Counted from the stretch's first letter, positions 11,060 to 21,420 are shown. The stretch: DNA of 64,000 nt from Alphaproteobacteria bacterium (GCA_018823835.1 JAHJHT010000010.1:68245-132244); one strand, 5' to 3'. The notes: a model not told the origin generated them from the sequence alone. A program made the numbers and translations.

Positions 11060-11479
11060 ATGAACCGCATCCTCAAGACCGCCGTCCTCTCGGTAGCCGT
11101 GGCAGCCACTACGCTCGCCACCCTCCCCGCCGCCAATGCCGGCGACCGCAACTGGCGCCGCCATCACGGCCACCACGATTCGCGCGGCAACGATCTCGCC
11201 GTAGCCGGCATTCTCGGCCTGGCCGCCGGCGCACTGGTCGTCGGACTGGCCAACCAGTCGCAGCCGGCCTACCGCGAGCCGGCTTATGCGCCGCGCCCGC
11301 GCCCCGACCGGGGTTACCCCGTTGCCTATGACGAGCCGCGCTATCACTATCGCGCCACGATCGAGCCTTGGACGGCCGACTGGTACGACTATTGCTCGGA
11401 TCGCTACCGCAGCTTCAAGCCCCGTAGCGGTACCTATACCGGTTACGACGGCCAGCAGCACTTCTGCGTCGCCAACTGA
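11060..11479 (+). CDS. BA14K family protein
   Basis: Trimmed to the ATG at 11060 after AAGGAGA. It has a signal peptide and a TM-like segment. The C-terminal signature YCSDRYRSFKPRSGTYTGYDGQQHFC is typical of the BA14K domain. Confidence 0.8.
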   Translation: MNRILKTAVLSVAVAATTLATLPAANAGDRNWRRHHGHHDSRGNDLAVAGILGLAAGALVVGLANQSQPAYREPAYAPRPRPDRGYPVAYDEPRYHYRATIEPWTADWYDYCSDRYRSFKPRSGTYTGYDGQQHFCVAN

Positions 11480-11545
11480 CGTAACCCGCATCTAGGCTTG
11501 GCGGCGCCTCCGGAAGGACAGGCGCCGCTTTTCGTCGTGGCCTGG

Positions 11546-12187
11546 TCAGGTCAGGAACGGATTGCTGCGACGCTCCTCGCCGAGGCGGCCGCCCGGGCCG
11601 TGACCGCAGATGAAGCCCACATCGTCGCCGAGCGGCAGCAGCTTTTCCTTGATTGACCGGATCAGCGCGGCGTGGTCGCCGCCCGGCAGGTCGGTGCGCC
11701 CGATCGAGCCGTGGAAGAGCACGTCGCCGACATGCGCGAAATTGGCCTCCCGATTGAAGAAGACGACATGGCCCGGCGCGTGGCCTGGGCAATGCAGCAC
11801 CTCGAAACTGTGCGTGCCGAAGGACACGGTCTCGCCCTCGGTCAGGAAACGATCCGGAGTGCAGTTGCGGACCGCGCCCGAGACGCCGAATTGCCTGGCC
11901 TGCACCTCCAGTCCGTCGAGCAGGAACCGGTCGGCCTCGTGCGGGCCGACGATATCGACGCCGAGCGCCTCCTTGAGCTCCATGGCCCCGCCGGCGTGAT
12001 CGATATGGCCGTGCGTGAGCCAGATCGCCGTGACGGTGATCCCGTTGTCCTTGAGCACGCTCAGGATCTGGTCCACGTCCCCGCCGGGATCGACGACGAC
12101 GCCTTGCTTGTCGTCTGCATCGAACAGGATCGTGCAGTTCTGCTGGAAGGGTGTGACCGGCACGATGCCGGCATTGAGCTGCCCCAT
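11546..12187 (-). CDS. MBL-fold metallo-hydrolase (glyoxalase II-like)
   Basis: 213 aa with the HxHxDH motif (THGHIDHAGG) and downstream His/Asp ligands (CPGHAPGH, GD..F...IGRTD). Confidence 0.85.
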   Translation of the reverse strand: MGQLNAGIVPVTPFQQNCTILFDADDKQGVVVDPGGDVDQILSVLKDNGITVTAIWLTHGHIDHAGGAMELKEALGVDIVGPHEADRFLLDGLEVQARQFGVSGAVRNCTPDRFLTEGETVSFGTHSFEVLHCPGHAPGHVVFFNREANFAHVGDVLFHGSIGRTDLPGGDHAALIRSIKEKLLPLGDDVGFICGHGPGGRLGEERRSNPFLT

Positions 12188-12308
12188 TCTATTCCTTTCA
12201 TGACGACCGCGCCCGCGGCTGGCCGCTTCCGTTTCGATAGCGTGTCGCCCAACGCAAAACGGGCGACCGCAGGGTCGCCCGTCACTATAGGGATCAATGC
12301 GGCCCGGT

Positions 12309-12602
12309 CTATTTCTTCATCGCGCCCATGACGGCTCCGACGATGCCCGTCAAGATCGCTCCGCCGCCCGCACCGCCGACCACGGAACCGAGCAGGTCGC
12401 CCATGCCGCCGGCCATTGCCGGATCGCCGCCGCCGAGCACGCTGCCCAGAATGGCTCCGCCAGCCACGCCGCCTACGGCACCGCTGAGGATCTTGGGCAG
12501 TTGCGACATTGCCGCCTGCTTCAGCGCGGCCCCGACGGCCTGGCCGCCGATGATGCCCGTTACGACCTGGACGATGATAGGGAGTAGCGCGTTCATATCC
12601 AT
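12309..12602 (-). CDS. glycine-rich small membrane protein
   Basis: Trimmed to the ATG at 12602, preceded by GGAGGGAA. The 97-aa protein has Gly/Ala/Val/Ile-rich hydrophobic segments (GIIGGQAVGAAL..., GGAGGGAILTGIVGAVMGA). Confidence 0.5.
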   Translation of the reverse strand: MDMNALLPIIVQVVTGIIGGQAVGAALKQAAMSQLPKILSGAVGGVAGGAILGSVLGGGDPAMAGGMGDLLGSVVGGAGGGAILTGIVGAVMGAMKK

Positions 12603-12743
12603 GTGTTGGTTCCCTCCAAAAGCCGATCTCAGGGGAATCGGCCCTTCCATCAGACGCCGTGGCGGGGGAAAGTCAAACGTGCGGTCGCAAAAGAATGCCG
12701 GCGACCCGAGGGCCACCGGCGGGATTTTGAAGCTTAACTCGGC

Positions 12744-13637
12744 CTACTCGGCCGCGATGGCATGCTTTGGCTGAACTGCGGCAGCATAATCGTTCATCAG
12801 CGTCTTGGCGATTTCGCCGACTTCGAAACGGTATGGACCGATTTCAGAGACAGGCGTCACTTCGGCTGCCGTACCGGTCAGGAAGCACTGCTCGAAACCC
12901 TCGAGTTCCTCGGGCATGATGGGTCGCTCGATGATTTCCAGCCCGCGCTCCTTGGCAAGTCCGATGACGGTGCGGCGGGTGATGCCGTCGAGGAAGCAAT
13001 CAGGTGTCGGCGTGTGGATCTTGCCGTCCTTCACGAAGAAGATGTTGGCCCCGGTCGCCTCGGCCACCTGGCCGCGCCAGTCGAGCATCATGGCGTCGGC
13101 ATAGCCCTTCGCCTCGGCCGCATGCTTCGACAGCGTGCAGATCATGTAGAGGCCTGCGGCCTTGGACTTCGAGGGCGCGGTGCGCGGGTCCGGACGCCGC
13201 CATTCGGCAAGGTCGAGGCGGATGCCCTTGAGCTTCTGCGCCGGGTCGAAATAGCTTGGCCACTGCCAGATCGCGATGGCGCAGTTGATACGGTTGTTCT
13301 GGGCCGAAACGCCCATCTGCTCGCTGCCCCGCCAGGCGATCGGCCGGACATAGGCGTCCTTGAAGCCCTGCTTCTGCAGCAGCGTGCTGCAGGCGTCGTC
13401 GATTTCCTCGACGCTGTAGGGAATCTTGAAGCCAAGGAGCCGCGCCGATTCATGCAGCCTCTGCGTGTGCTCGGTCAGCTTGAAGATCTCACCGCCATAG
13501 GCGCGCTCGCCCTCGAACACGGCGCTGGCGTAGTGCAGGCCGTGCGTCAGCACGTGCACCTTGGCGTCGGCCCAGTTGACGAACTGGCCGTTCATCCAGA
13601 TGAATCCTTCAAGCTGGTCGAATGGAACGGATGCCAT
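12744..13637 (-). CDS. ilvE: branched-chain amino acid aminotransferase
   Basis: 297 aa with class IV aminotransferase signatures (HYASAVFEGERAY, AAGLYMICTLSKHAAEAKGYADAMMLD, ATGANIFFVKDG). Confidence 0.9.
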   Translation of the reverse strand: MASVPFDQLEGFIWMNGQFVNWADAKVHVLTHGLHYASAVFEGERAYGGEIFKLTEHTQRLHESARLLGFKIPYSVEEIDDACSTLLQKQGFKDAYVRPIAWRGSEQMGVSAQNNRINCAIAIWQWPSYFDPAQKLKGIRLDLAEWRRPDPRTAPSKSKAAGLYMICTLSKHAAEAKGYADAMMLDWRGQVAEATGANIFFVKDGKIHTPTPDCFLDGITRRTVIGLAKERGLEIIERPIMPEELEGFEQCFLTGTAAEVTPVSEIGPYRFEVGEIAKTLMNDYAAAVQPKHAIAAE

Positions 13638-13828
13638 GAAGTACCTCCCGCGGGCAGTTGCCCGATCGTGCTTAATCCTGTTGCTTCCCAGACTTCCGAA
13701 AAGCTAAAGCCTATGTAGTCGCAAGGCTTAAGGCAAATCGATGGAAATTCCCGAAAATGCGGTCCAATCTTGCCTTTTCGTTCGTCGTCACTCCAGAAGC
13801 TTGGCAAAAATTACCATCGGCCGAAATT

Positions 13829-13849
13829 TATGTCAATAGTGCTGACATA
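13829..13849. promoter_or_regulatory. perfect inverted repeat, candidate MarR operator
   Basis: TATGTCA-N7-TGACATA lies 24 nt upstream of the marR-type gene start, inside an AT-rich stretch. The arms extend imperfectly to 13824-13854. Confidence 0.4.
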
Positions 13850-13872
13850 TTTTTGAGGACAAGAGGGAATTC

Positions 13873-14406
13873 ATGAACGCAGATCGTGCGGCCGCAGCCA
13901 GCAAGCCCATCAAGACCGCAATCTCGCGCGAGGACGGTATCGACTTCTCGATCATCGAGCTCCTGTTCTTCGCCTATCGTGATTTCACTTCCGACCCCGA
14001 CCAGATTCTTGCCGAGTATGATTTTGGCCGCGCCCATCACCGCATCCTGCATTTCGTCAATCGAAGGCCGGGCCTGACCGTTGCCGAACTGCTCGATGTA
14101 CTGAAGATCACCAAGCAGAGCCTTGCCCGTGTGCTCAAGCAGCTGATCGACACCGGCCACATCGTGCAGGTGCAGGGGCCGCGCGACCGCAGGCAGCGGG
14201 AGCTCTACCCGACGGCCAAGGGCCGCGCGCTGGCGCTTGCCCTCGCAAGGCCACAGTCGCGCCGCATCCATGATGCATTGCAGGGAGCCGGCAGCAGCGA
14301 CCGCGCCGTGGTTGAACGCTTTCTGAAGGCAATGGTAAACCCGGAACTGCGGGCGCAGATCGACAATCTGCCCGGAAACGTGCCAGGAAAAGTCGATGGA
14401 GACTGA
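13873..14406 (+). CDS. MarR family transcriptional regulator
   Basis: 177 aa with a winged-helix region (LTVAELLDVLKITKQSLARVLKQLIDTGHIVQVQGPRDRRQRELYPT). Its end overlaps the response-regulator start by 11 nt. Confidence 0.85.
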   Translation: MNADRAAAASKPIKTAISREDGIDFSIIELLFFAYRDFTSDPDQILAEYDFGRAHHRILHFVNRRPGLTVAELLDVLKITKQSLARVLKQLIDTGHIVQVQGPRDRRQRELYPTAKGRALALALARPQSRRIHDALQGAGSSDRAVVERFLKAMVNPELRAQIDNLPGNVPGKVDGD

Positions 14407-15115
14407 CGACAAGACCGATCGTGCGGCAGCACCGAGCGACGACGCCCCCCATTTGCTGGTGGTCGACGACGACACCCGGATCCGCAACCTGCTCAAGCAG
14501 TACCTGACGGAAAACGGTTTTCGGGTGACGGTGGCCGGCAATGCCGGCGAAGCGCGCCGCAAGCTCGAGGGTCTGGACTTCGACCTGCTGATCCTCGACG
14601 TCATGATGCCGGGCGAGACGGGCGTCGACCTGACCAGGGCCCTTCGCGCAAACAAGACCGTGCCGATCCTGATGCTGACGGCGCTGTCGGAGACCGACAG
14701 CCGCATTGCCGGGCTCGAGGCCGGCGCGGACGACTATCTGCCCAAGCCCTTCGATCCGCGCGAGCTGATCCTGCGCATCAACAACATCCTGCGCCGCGGC
14801 GGGCCTCTGGCGACGCCGAAGGTCGAGCAGTTGGTATTCGGGCCCTACACGTTCCAGATTGCCAAGCGCGAGCTGAAGCGCGGCGGCGAGCCCTTGAAGC
14901 TGACGGACCGCGAGCAGGAAATCCTGGCGATCTTTGCCGGCCGCGCCGGCGAGACCATTCCGCGCCACGAATTGGTGACGGGCGAGGCCGACGTCGGGGA
15001 ACGCACCATCGACGTGCAGATCAACCGGCTCCGCCGCAAGATCGAGCGCGACCCTTCCAATCCGGTCTGGCTGCAGACCGTGCGCGGCATCGGGTATCGG
15101 CTGAGTGTGGAATAG
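14396..15115 (+). CDS. OmpR-family response regulator (CenR/PetR-like context)
   Basis: Receiver domain (LLVVDDD...DLLILDVMMPG...LTA) plus a winged-helix output domain (IDVQINRLRRKIE...TVRGIGYRL). Confidence 0.9.
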   Translation: METDDKTDRAAAPSDDAPHLLVVDDDTRIRNLLKQYLTENGFRVTVAGNAGEARRKLEGLDFDLLILDVMMPGETGVDLTRALRANKTVPILMLTALSETDSRIAGLEAGADDYLPKPFDPRELILRINNILRRGGPLATPKVEQLVFGPYTFQIAKRELKRGGEPLKLTDREQEILAIFAGRAGETIPRHELVTGEADVGERTIDVQINRLRRKIERDPSNPVWLQTVRGIGYRLSVE

Positions 15116-15170
15116 TCTGCGCTCGGCGGTCGCCGGACTCCGGGGCGGGCGCCGGCCAACGGAAGATGTC

Positions 15171-16592
15171 ATGGCCACAACCGAACTGGAGGCACCCGGG
15201 CCGCAAACTGGCAGCGGCATTTCCGCACGCATCCGCCGCGCGGCGGCGGCCTTCTCGGCCGGCTGGACCCGTTTCTGGCGGCTCGTGGCGATCTACATGC
15301 CGAAGCGGCTCTATGCCCGCTCGCTGCTTATCGTCATCACCCCCATGATCCTGCTCCAGTCCGTGGTGACGCTGGTCTTCATGGAACGCCACTGGCAGAC
15401 CGTGACGCAGCGGCTCTCGACTGCCACCACGCGCGACATCGCCGCGATCATCGAGATGATCGAGACCTTTCCCAACGATGACGACTACGCGAGGGTCATC
15501 CGCATCGCCCAGGACCGCCTGTCGATGAAGATCGACATCCTGCCGCCCGATCCCTTGCCGCCGCCCGGCAGGAAGCCGTTCTTCTCGATTCTCGACCAGA
15601 TCCTGTCGGCCGAGATCACCCGCCAGATCAACCGGCCGTTCTGGATCGAGACGGTCGGCAATTCCGGCGTGCTGGAGGTCCGTATCCAGCTCGAGGACAA
15701 GGTGCTGCGGGTCTTCGTGCGGCGCAGCCAGGCATACGCGTCGAATACCCACATCTTCCTGATCTGGATGGGCGGCACCTCGCTGGTCCTTTTGACCATC
15801 GCCATCCCCTTCCTGCGCAACCAGATTAGGCCGATCCTGAAGCTCGCCGAAGCCGCCGAGAGTTTCGGCAAGGGCCGGCCCATGCCGCCCGATTTCCGGC
15901 CGCGGGGCGCCGAGGAGGTGCGGCGGGCGGGCTTTGCCTTCATCCAGATGCGCGAGCGCATCGAGCGCCAGATCGAGCAGCGCACGGCGATGCTGACCGG
16001 CGTCAGCCACGATCTGCGCACCATCCTGACGCGCTTCAAGCTGCAGCTCGCCCTGAGCGGCTCGAAAGTCGACACCGAGGCGCTCGACCATGACATCGAC
16101 GACATGCAGTCTATGCTGGAAGGCTACCTCGCCTTTGCCCGGGGCGAGGCCGCCGAGGATGCCGGCAGGTTCGACCTCGCCGGCTATTTCGAAAAGCTCG
16201 CCGAGGAGGCCCGCCTGCGCAAGCGCAAGCTGACCACGGCACTCTCCGGCGACCCCGAAATCCACGTTCGCCCCAACGCCTTCGAGCGGCTGCTCGCCAA
16301 TGTCGCCGGCAATGCGATGCGCTACGCCAAGACGATCCGCGTGGAGGCGGTGCACGCGCGCGGTTCGCTCACCGTCACCGTCGACGACGACGGGCCGGGC
16401 ATTCCGGCAGAGAGCCGCGAGGACGTCTTCAAGCCCTTCGTCCGGCTCGATCAGGCGCGCAATCTCGACACCAGCGGCACGGGTCTCGGTCTGGCGATCG
16501 CGCGCGACATTGCGCTCAGTCATGGCGGCGAGATCCGCCTCGACGACAGCCCGCTGGGCGGCCTGCGCGTCGTCATCCGCGTGCCGGCCTAG
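15171..16592 (+). CDS. EnvZ-like sensor histidine kinase
   Basis: H-box GVSHDLRTILT, N-box NVAGNAMRYA, G-boxes DDDGPGIP and GTGLGLAIA. It has two hydrophobic segments with a HAMP-like linker. The GTG at 15105 is an alternative start. Confidence 0.85.
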   Translation: MATTELEAPGPQTGSGISARIRRAAAAFSAGWTRFWRLVAIYMPKRLYARSLLIVITPMILLQSVVTLVFMERHWQTVTQRLSTATTRDIAAIIEMIETFPNDDDYARVIRIAQDRLSMKIDILPPDPLPPPGRKPFFSILDQILSAEITRQINRPFWIETVGNSGVLEVRIQLEDKVLRVFVRRSQAYASNTHIFLIWMGGTSLVLLTIAIPFLRNQIRPILKLAEAAESFGKGRPMPPDFRPRGAEEVRRAGFAFIQMRERIERQIEQRTAMLTGVSHDLRTILTRFKLQLALSGSKVDTEALDHDIDDMQSMLEGYLAFARGEAAEDAGRFDLAGYFEKLAEEARLRKRKLTTALSGDPEIHVRPNAFERLLANVAGNAMRYAKTIRVEAVHARGSLTVTVDDDGPGIPAESREDVFKPFVRLDQARNLDTSGTGLGLAIARDIALSHGGEIRLDDSPLGGLRVVIRVPA

Positions 16593-16669
16593 GCATCGCG
16601 CCAGGCGGCGTGACCTTGCGCCCGGCCGGATTCATCCGCCTGTCATGAAAGGATGTTGAAAAGCGCCAC

Positions 16670-17752
16670 ATGAATGTGGCGCGAATCGACCCCGTGGCAG
16701 CAGAGCCGGCAGCGTCTGACGGCGGCCCGCCGAAGCGCATCTTGATGGTCACCGACGCCTGGCGGCCGCAGGTCAACGGCGTCGTCCACACGCTGGAGCG
16801 CCTGACCGAGAACCTCGCCGAATTTGGCGTCGAGGTCGAGTTCCTGACCCCGAACCGCTTCCGCACCCTGCCGATGCCGACCTATCCCGATATCCGCCTT
16901 GCGCTGACGACACCGCGCCGGGTCCGGCGGATGATCGCCGAAAGCGGGGCCGACCATATCCACATCGTCACCGAGGGCCCGCTCGGCTGGATGGCGCGAC
17001 GCTACTGCCTCAACCGCCGCGAGCCCTTCACGACCAGCTATCACACCCGCTTTCCGGAATACGTCACCGCGCGCCTGCCCGTGCCGGAGGACTGGACCTA
17101 TCGCTGGCTGCGCTCCTTCCACAACTCAGGCCAGGGGACGATGGTGGCGACGCAGTCGCTCGCCGACGATCTCGCCGCGCGCGGCTTCGACAAGCTGCGG
17201 CCGTGGACCCGGGGCGTCGACATTGCTCACTTCCGGCCCGATAGGAAGACGGAGCTCGACTTTCCGAGGCCGGTCTTCCTGTGCGTCGGCCGCGTTGCGG
17301 TCGAGAAGAACCTGCCGGCCTTCCTCGATCTAGACCTGCCCGGCAGCAAGGTCATCGTCGGCGAGGGGCCGGAACTGGCCAGGCTGCAGGCGAAATATCC
17401 CGAGGCGCATTTCCTCGGTCACAGGCCGAATGACGAACTGGCCGAGATCTACGCCTCGTGCGACGTCTTCGTGTTTCCAAGCCGCACCGACACATTCGGC
17501 AATGTCATCGTCGAGTCGCTGGCCAGTGGAACGCCAGTCGCCGGCTATCCGGTCACCGGCCCGATCGACATTGTCGGCGACGGCGTCGGCGGCGTGGTGG
17601 ACGAGGATCTGGGAAAGGCCGCACGCGCAGCGCTCGACGTCAGCCGCGACGCGGCACGCGAACGCGCGCTTCGCTACACCTGGAAGGCCTGCACGGAAAT
17701 GTTCCTGGAAAACATCCGCGCCGCGCGGACATCGGCAGGAGCGACGGCTTGA
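16670..17752 (+). CDS. glycosyltransferase family 4 (GT-B, GT1/GT4 type)
   Basis: 360 aa: N-terminal ILMVTDAWRPQVNGVVHT and the C-terminal retaining GT-B motif (FVFPSRTDTFGNVIVESLASGTPV). Confidence 0.85.
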   Translation: MNVARIDPVAAEPAASDGGPPKRILMVTDAWRPQVNGVVHTLERLTENLAEFGVEVEFLTPNRFRTLPMPTYPDIRLALTTPRRVRRMIAESGADHIHIVTEGPLGWMARRYCLNRREPFTTSYHTRFPEYVTARLPVPEDWTYRWLRSFHNSGQGTMVATQSLADDLAARGFDKLRPWTRGVDIAHFRPDRKTELDFPRPVFLCVGRVAVEKNLPAFLDLDLPGSKVIVGEGPELARLQAKYPEAHFLGHRPNDELAEIYASCDVFVFPSRTDTFGNVIVESLASGTPVAGYPVTGPIDIVGDGVGGVVDEDLGKAARAALDVSRDAARERALRYTWKACTEMFLENIRAARTSAGATA

Positions 17753-17767
17753 GGCTGGCGCCCTGAG

Positions 17768-18127
17768 CTAGAAGAGCTGCCCGCCATTCGGCACGGTCCG
17801 TTCGATCGCACCGAGCACCACCGCGCCCTCCTCGTCGGGAAAGCCCAGCGTCAGCACTTCCGACATGAACTTGCCGATCTGGCGCGGCGGGAAGTTGACG
17901 ACGGCAAAGACCTGCCGCCCCACCAGCGTCTCGGGTGCATAATACTTGGTTATCTGCGCCGACGATTTCTTGATGCCGATCGGCGCGCCGAAGTCGATCT
18001 TCAGCTTGATGGCCGGCTTGCGCGCCTCCGGAAACGGCTCCGCCTCGACGATCGTGCCGGCGCGGATATCGACCCGGTCGAAATCCGCGAAGCTGATGTC
18101 CGGCTTCTTCTCGGCCCCCGAACTCAT
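17768..18127 (-). CDS. csaA: tRNA-binding protein (CsaA / EMAP-domain)
   Basis: Trimmed to the ATG at 18127. The sequence [33 protein letters not shown]...[18 protein letters not shown] is typical of the CsaA OB-fold. Confidence 0.8.
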   Translation of the reverse strand: MSSGAEKKPDISFADFDRVDIRAGTIVEAEPFPEARKPAIKLKIDFGAPIGIKKSSAQITKYYAPETLVGRQVFAVVNFPPRQIGKFMSEVLTLGFPDEEGAVVLGAIERTVPNGGQLF

Positions 18128-18131
18128 CGGT

Positions 18132-18632
18132 TCAGGCGTTGCCCTGCGTCTCGAACAGGACGCTCGACAGTGCGTCGCGCGCACTCGTTCCCGACCAGAC
18201 GACGAACTGGAAGGACTGGAAGTAGCATTCGCAGGCCTCGAGCGCCGACGACAGCAGCACCTCCACCTGCTGGCTGGTCGGCTCGGCGCCGCCGGCCAGG
18301 AGCAGCGACTGGCGGAACATGATCGCGCCCTCCTGCTCCCACAGGTCGAAATGGCCGAACAGCATCTGCTCGTTGATCAGCGACAGAAGGCGCATCACCT
18401 CCAGCGCGCGCGCTTCGGGCACCTTGATGTCGAAGGCGCAGGCCAGATGCAGCGCCTCGAAATCCTCCATCCAGGAGAACGAGACGTGATAATCGGTCCA
18501 GCTGCCGGCCACCGAGATCGAAATCTCGTCGTCGCCGGCCCGCTCGAAGGCCCAGTCATTCGTGTGCGCGACATGCTCGATAACATCCACCGGATGGATT
18601 TCGCGGGCGATGTCGAGTTCTATCAGTTCCAT
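18132..18632 (-). CDS. YbjN domain-containing protein
   Basis: Trimmed to the ATG at 18632. The 166-aa acidic protein ([29 protein letters not shown]...[13 protein letters not shown]...) is organised like YbjN-type chaperone-like proteins. It ends 4 nt before the csaA start. Confidence 0.65.
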   Translation of the reverse strand: MELIELDIAREIHPVDVIEHVAHTNDWAFERAGDDEISISVAGSWTDYHVSFSWMEDFEALHLACAFDIKVPEARALEVMRLLSLINEQMLFGHFDLWEQEGAIMFRQSLLLAGGAEPTSQQVEVLLSSALEACECYFQSFQFVVWSGTSARDALSSVLFETQGNA

Positions 18633-18939
18633 GAAATGCTTCCTGTCGTTCTGGGGAGCGCCGCCGCGCTCCGCGCAAAGGGCACACACGTCGAACAATC
18701 TTGTCTCGAACTCGGGCGGGCGGCCTCGCACACCAACACTGACCCGGCCCCACTTGCCCGGTGCCTGATCCGGTTCCGAATCATGCAACAAATTCAGTGT
18801 ATTGATGCGGAGTCGCGTGAACAGCCCCTTTTTGGAAAGCCCACCGCTATGAGGCCGTCACCAAGATTCACGCAGACAGGATAAGCGATTCAGGAAAAAG
18901 CGCTTTTCGCGATCGCGCGTTGTGGAAAAGTTTAACGAA

Positions 18940-19251
18940 TTATTTTTGTGGGCGACGCTTTGAGGCGGTCTTTGGCGCTGCGACCGGCGCATCTTTCGTT
19001 CCGCCGCCGAGTTTGGCCTCGAGTTCGGCGATCCGATGCTCGAGCTTCTTGTTCTCGGCACGCGCCTTCAGCGCCATCTCCCGTACAGCCTCGAACTCGT
19101 CGCGCTGCACCACGTCCATGCCGTTCAGCACCTTCTCGGCCTGCGCCTTGAAGGCGGCCTCAACCTCACGCCTGACACCCTGGGCCGCACCCGCGGCGTC
19201 GGTCATCAGCTTGGCGAACTCATCGAGAATACGGTTCGGTCCGGTCGACAT
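18940..19251 (-). CDS. UbiK/YqiC (BMFP) family coiled-coil protein
   Basis: Trimmed to the ATG at 19251. It starts MSTGPNRILDEFAKLMTDAAGAAQG and has a coiled-coil C-terminus (VQRDEFEAVREMALKARAENKKLEHRIAELEAKL). Confidence 0.65.
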   Translation of the reverse strand: MSTGPNRILDEFAKLMTDAAGAAQGVRREVEAAFKAQAEKVLNGMDVVQRDEFEAVREMALKARAENKKLEHRIAELEAKLGGGTKDAPVAAPKTASKRRPQK

Positions 19252-19354
19252 GGCATACCTCCTGGGACGTCCATTCGAGGTAATGTCGGAACCGTGCGAA
19301 TGCAAGCTGGTTAAGCGCCGCAGGCCCATCTTGACCGCGTAGGGGCCCTGCCCC

Positions 19355-20239
19355 ATGGTCCGCGCGCCACGGCCACCGGAGTTACCCTTGATCGACCTTC
19401 TCGCCTTGCCGCTCGCCGCCCTGCCCTTCCCGGACATCGACCCGGTGATCGTCAGGATCGGCCCCCTGGCCATCCACTGGTACGGCCTCGCCTATGTCGT
19501 CGGCATCCTGTTCGGCTGGTGGTACGGAAGGCGCATCATCACCAATCCGCGGCTCTGGCCTGGCGGCAAGGCGCCGATGCGCGCCGAGGATCTCGATGAC
19601 TTCCTGGTCTGGGCCGCCATCGGCATCGTGCTCGGCGGCCGCATCGGCTACATCCTCTTCTACGATTTCGCCCGCTACCTCGCCAACCCGTTCGACATGC
19701 TCGCGGTCTGGCAGGGCGGCATGTCCTTCCATGGCGGCTTTGCCGGCACCACGCTGGCCATGATCCTCTTTGCCCGCAAGCGCGGCATCAGCATTTGGTC
19801 GCTGTTCGACATCGTCGCCGCCAGCGTTCCGGTCGCGCTCGGCCTCGTTCGCCTCACCAATTTCATCAACGCCGAACTCTGGGGCCGTCCGACCGACGTT
19901 GCCTGGGCCTTCGTCTTCCCGAACGGGGGCCCGCTCGCCCGTCATCCGAGCCAACTCTATGAGGCGGCGCTGGAGGGACTGGTTCTGTTCATCGTGCTGC
20001 GGCTCCTCACACACGTCTTCCTGAAGCTCGGCAAGCCGGGCTTCGTCGCGGGCGCCTTCGTAACCGGCTACGGCCTGTCGCGCATTTTCGTCGAGTTCTT
20101 CCGCGAGCCTGACGTCCAGCTCGGCTATCTCGCCGGCGGCTGGCTGACCATGGGCATGGTGCTGTCGACGCCAATGGTTCTGGCCGGCATCTGGGCCATG
20201 TGGCGGGCGGGACGCCAGGCCTATTCGCCGGCGCCATGA
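19355..20239 (+). CDS. lgt: prolipoprotein diacylglyceryl transferase
   Basis: 294-aa polytopic protein with Lgt signatures ([49 protein letters not shown]). Confidence 0.9.
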   Translation: MVRAPRPPELPLIDLLALPLAALPFPDIDPVIVRIGPLAIHWYGLAYVVGILFGWWYGRRIITNPRLWPGGKAPMRAEDLDDFLVWAAIGIVLGGRIGYILFYDFARYLANPFDMLAVWQGGMSFHGGFAGTTLAMILFARKRGISIWSLFDIVAASVPVALGLVRLTNFINAELWGRPTDVAWAFVFPNGGPLARHPSQLYEAALEGLVLFIVLRLLTHVFLKLGKPGFVAGAFVTGYGLSRIFVEFFREPDVQLGYLAGGWLTMGMVLSTPMVLAGIWAMWRAGRQAYSPAP

Positions 20240-21324
20240 ACCGGCTCGGCCAGAAGATCGCCCGGCTGGTCGAAACATCCGGGCCGATCTCGGTCGCCGA
20301 CTACATGGCGATCTGCCTGTTTGACCCGGCCGACGGCTACTATACCACCCGCGATCCCTTCGGCGCCGGCGGCGACTTCGTCACCGCGCCCGAGATCAGC
20401 CAGATGTTCGGAGAACTCGTCGGCGCCTGGCTGGTCGCGGCCTGGCATGCGCTCGGTCGCCCGGTGCCCGTGACGCTTGCCGAGATCGGCCCCGGCAGGG
20501 GCACGATGATGAAGGATGTCATCCGCACCGTCGGGAGACTGGCGCCCGACCTCGGGCACGGCGCTTCCTTTGCCCTCGTCGAGGCGAGCCCGCGCCTGGC
20601 CGCCCTGCAGAAGGAAACGCTGCGGGACATCGGCGCCAGACTGGACTGGTTCGAAAGCCTGGACGCCGTGCCGGCCGGTCCGCTGCTCGTCGCCTGCAAC
20701 GAACTTTTCGATGCGCTGCCGTTTCGCCAGTTCGTTCGCCAGGATGGCCGCTGGCTGGAACGCGCCGTCGGCCTCGACGACGCCGGCGGCTTCCGCTTCG
20801 TCGCGGGCACGGCCACGCTGGAACCGGGCGCCCTGCCGCCGGATGCCGATCAGGCTCCCGAGGGCAGCATCTTCGAGATCGCGCCGGCCCGCGACGCCTT
20901 GATGGACCTCATCGCCGGCCGGCTGGTCGGACAAGGCGGCGCCGGCATATTCTTCGACTACGGCCACCTGAGGCCAGGCTTCGGCGACACCTTCCAGGCG
21001 GTCAGCCGGCACGGCTTTGCGCGTGTCCTGGAGTCGCCTGGCGCGGCCGACCTGACCTCGCATGTCGACTTTGACGCGCTCGCCTCCGTCGCGCGCGCAC
21101 ATGGCCTTGCCGCCCATTCAGCCACGCAGGGCGAATTCCTTCTCGCCATGGGATTGCTGCAACGCGCCGGGCAGTTGGGTGCGCCGCTCGACGAGGCCGG
21201 ACGCGCGAAAATCAGCGCCGACGTCGATCGACTGGCCGGCCCGGGCGCCATGGGAGAACTCTTCAAGGTGCTAGCGATTCTGCCTGCCGGAGTGCCCGCG
21301 GCAGGCTTCCCCGGCGCGAGTTGA
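20236..21324 (+). CDS. class I SAM-dependent methyltransferase, DUF185 / NDUFAF7 (MidA)-like
   Basis: Trimmed to the ATG at 20236, which forms an ATGA overlap with the lgt stop. Signatures: [26 protein letters not shown] and [10 protein letters not shown]. Confidence 0.8.
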   Translation: MNRLGQKIARLVETSGPISVADYMAICLFDPADGYYTTRDPFGAGGDFVTAPEISQMFGELVGAWLVAAWHALGRPVPVTLAEIGPGRGTMMKDVIRTVGRLAPDLGHGASFALVEASPRLAALQKETLRDIGARLDWFESLDAVPAGPLLVACNELFDALPFRQFVRQDGRWLERAVGLDDAGGFRFVAGTATLEPGALPPDADQAPEGSIFEIAPARDALMDLIAGRLVGQGGAGIFFDYGHLRPGFGDTFQAVSRHGFARVLESPGAADLTSHVDFDALASVARAHGLAAHSATQGEFLLAMGLLQRAGQLGAPLDEAGRAKISADVDRLAGPGAMGELFKVLAILPAGVPAAGFPGAS

Positions 21325-21420
21325 CTCGTCAAATCCCCTGCCCCACTCTCCGGCTCGGCAGGACGGGTGGGCCATCGCGACAAGCTTGACGAAACAAATC
21401 CGGGAGTCGACAAGGCGGCA

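Noticed and set aside
14135-16523. Minus-strand ORFs of 365 aa and 500 aa opposite the response-regulator and kinase genes.
   Set aside because: They are antisense shadows. The plus-strand frames contain the receiver, winged-helix, H-box, N-box and G-box motifs.
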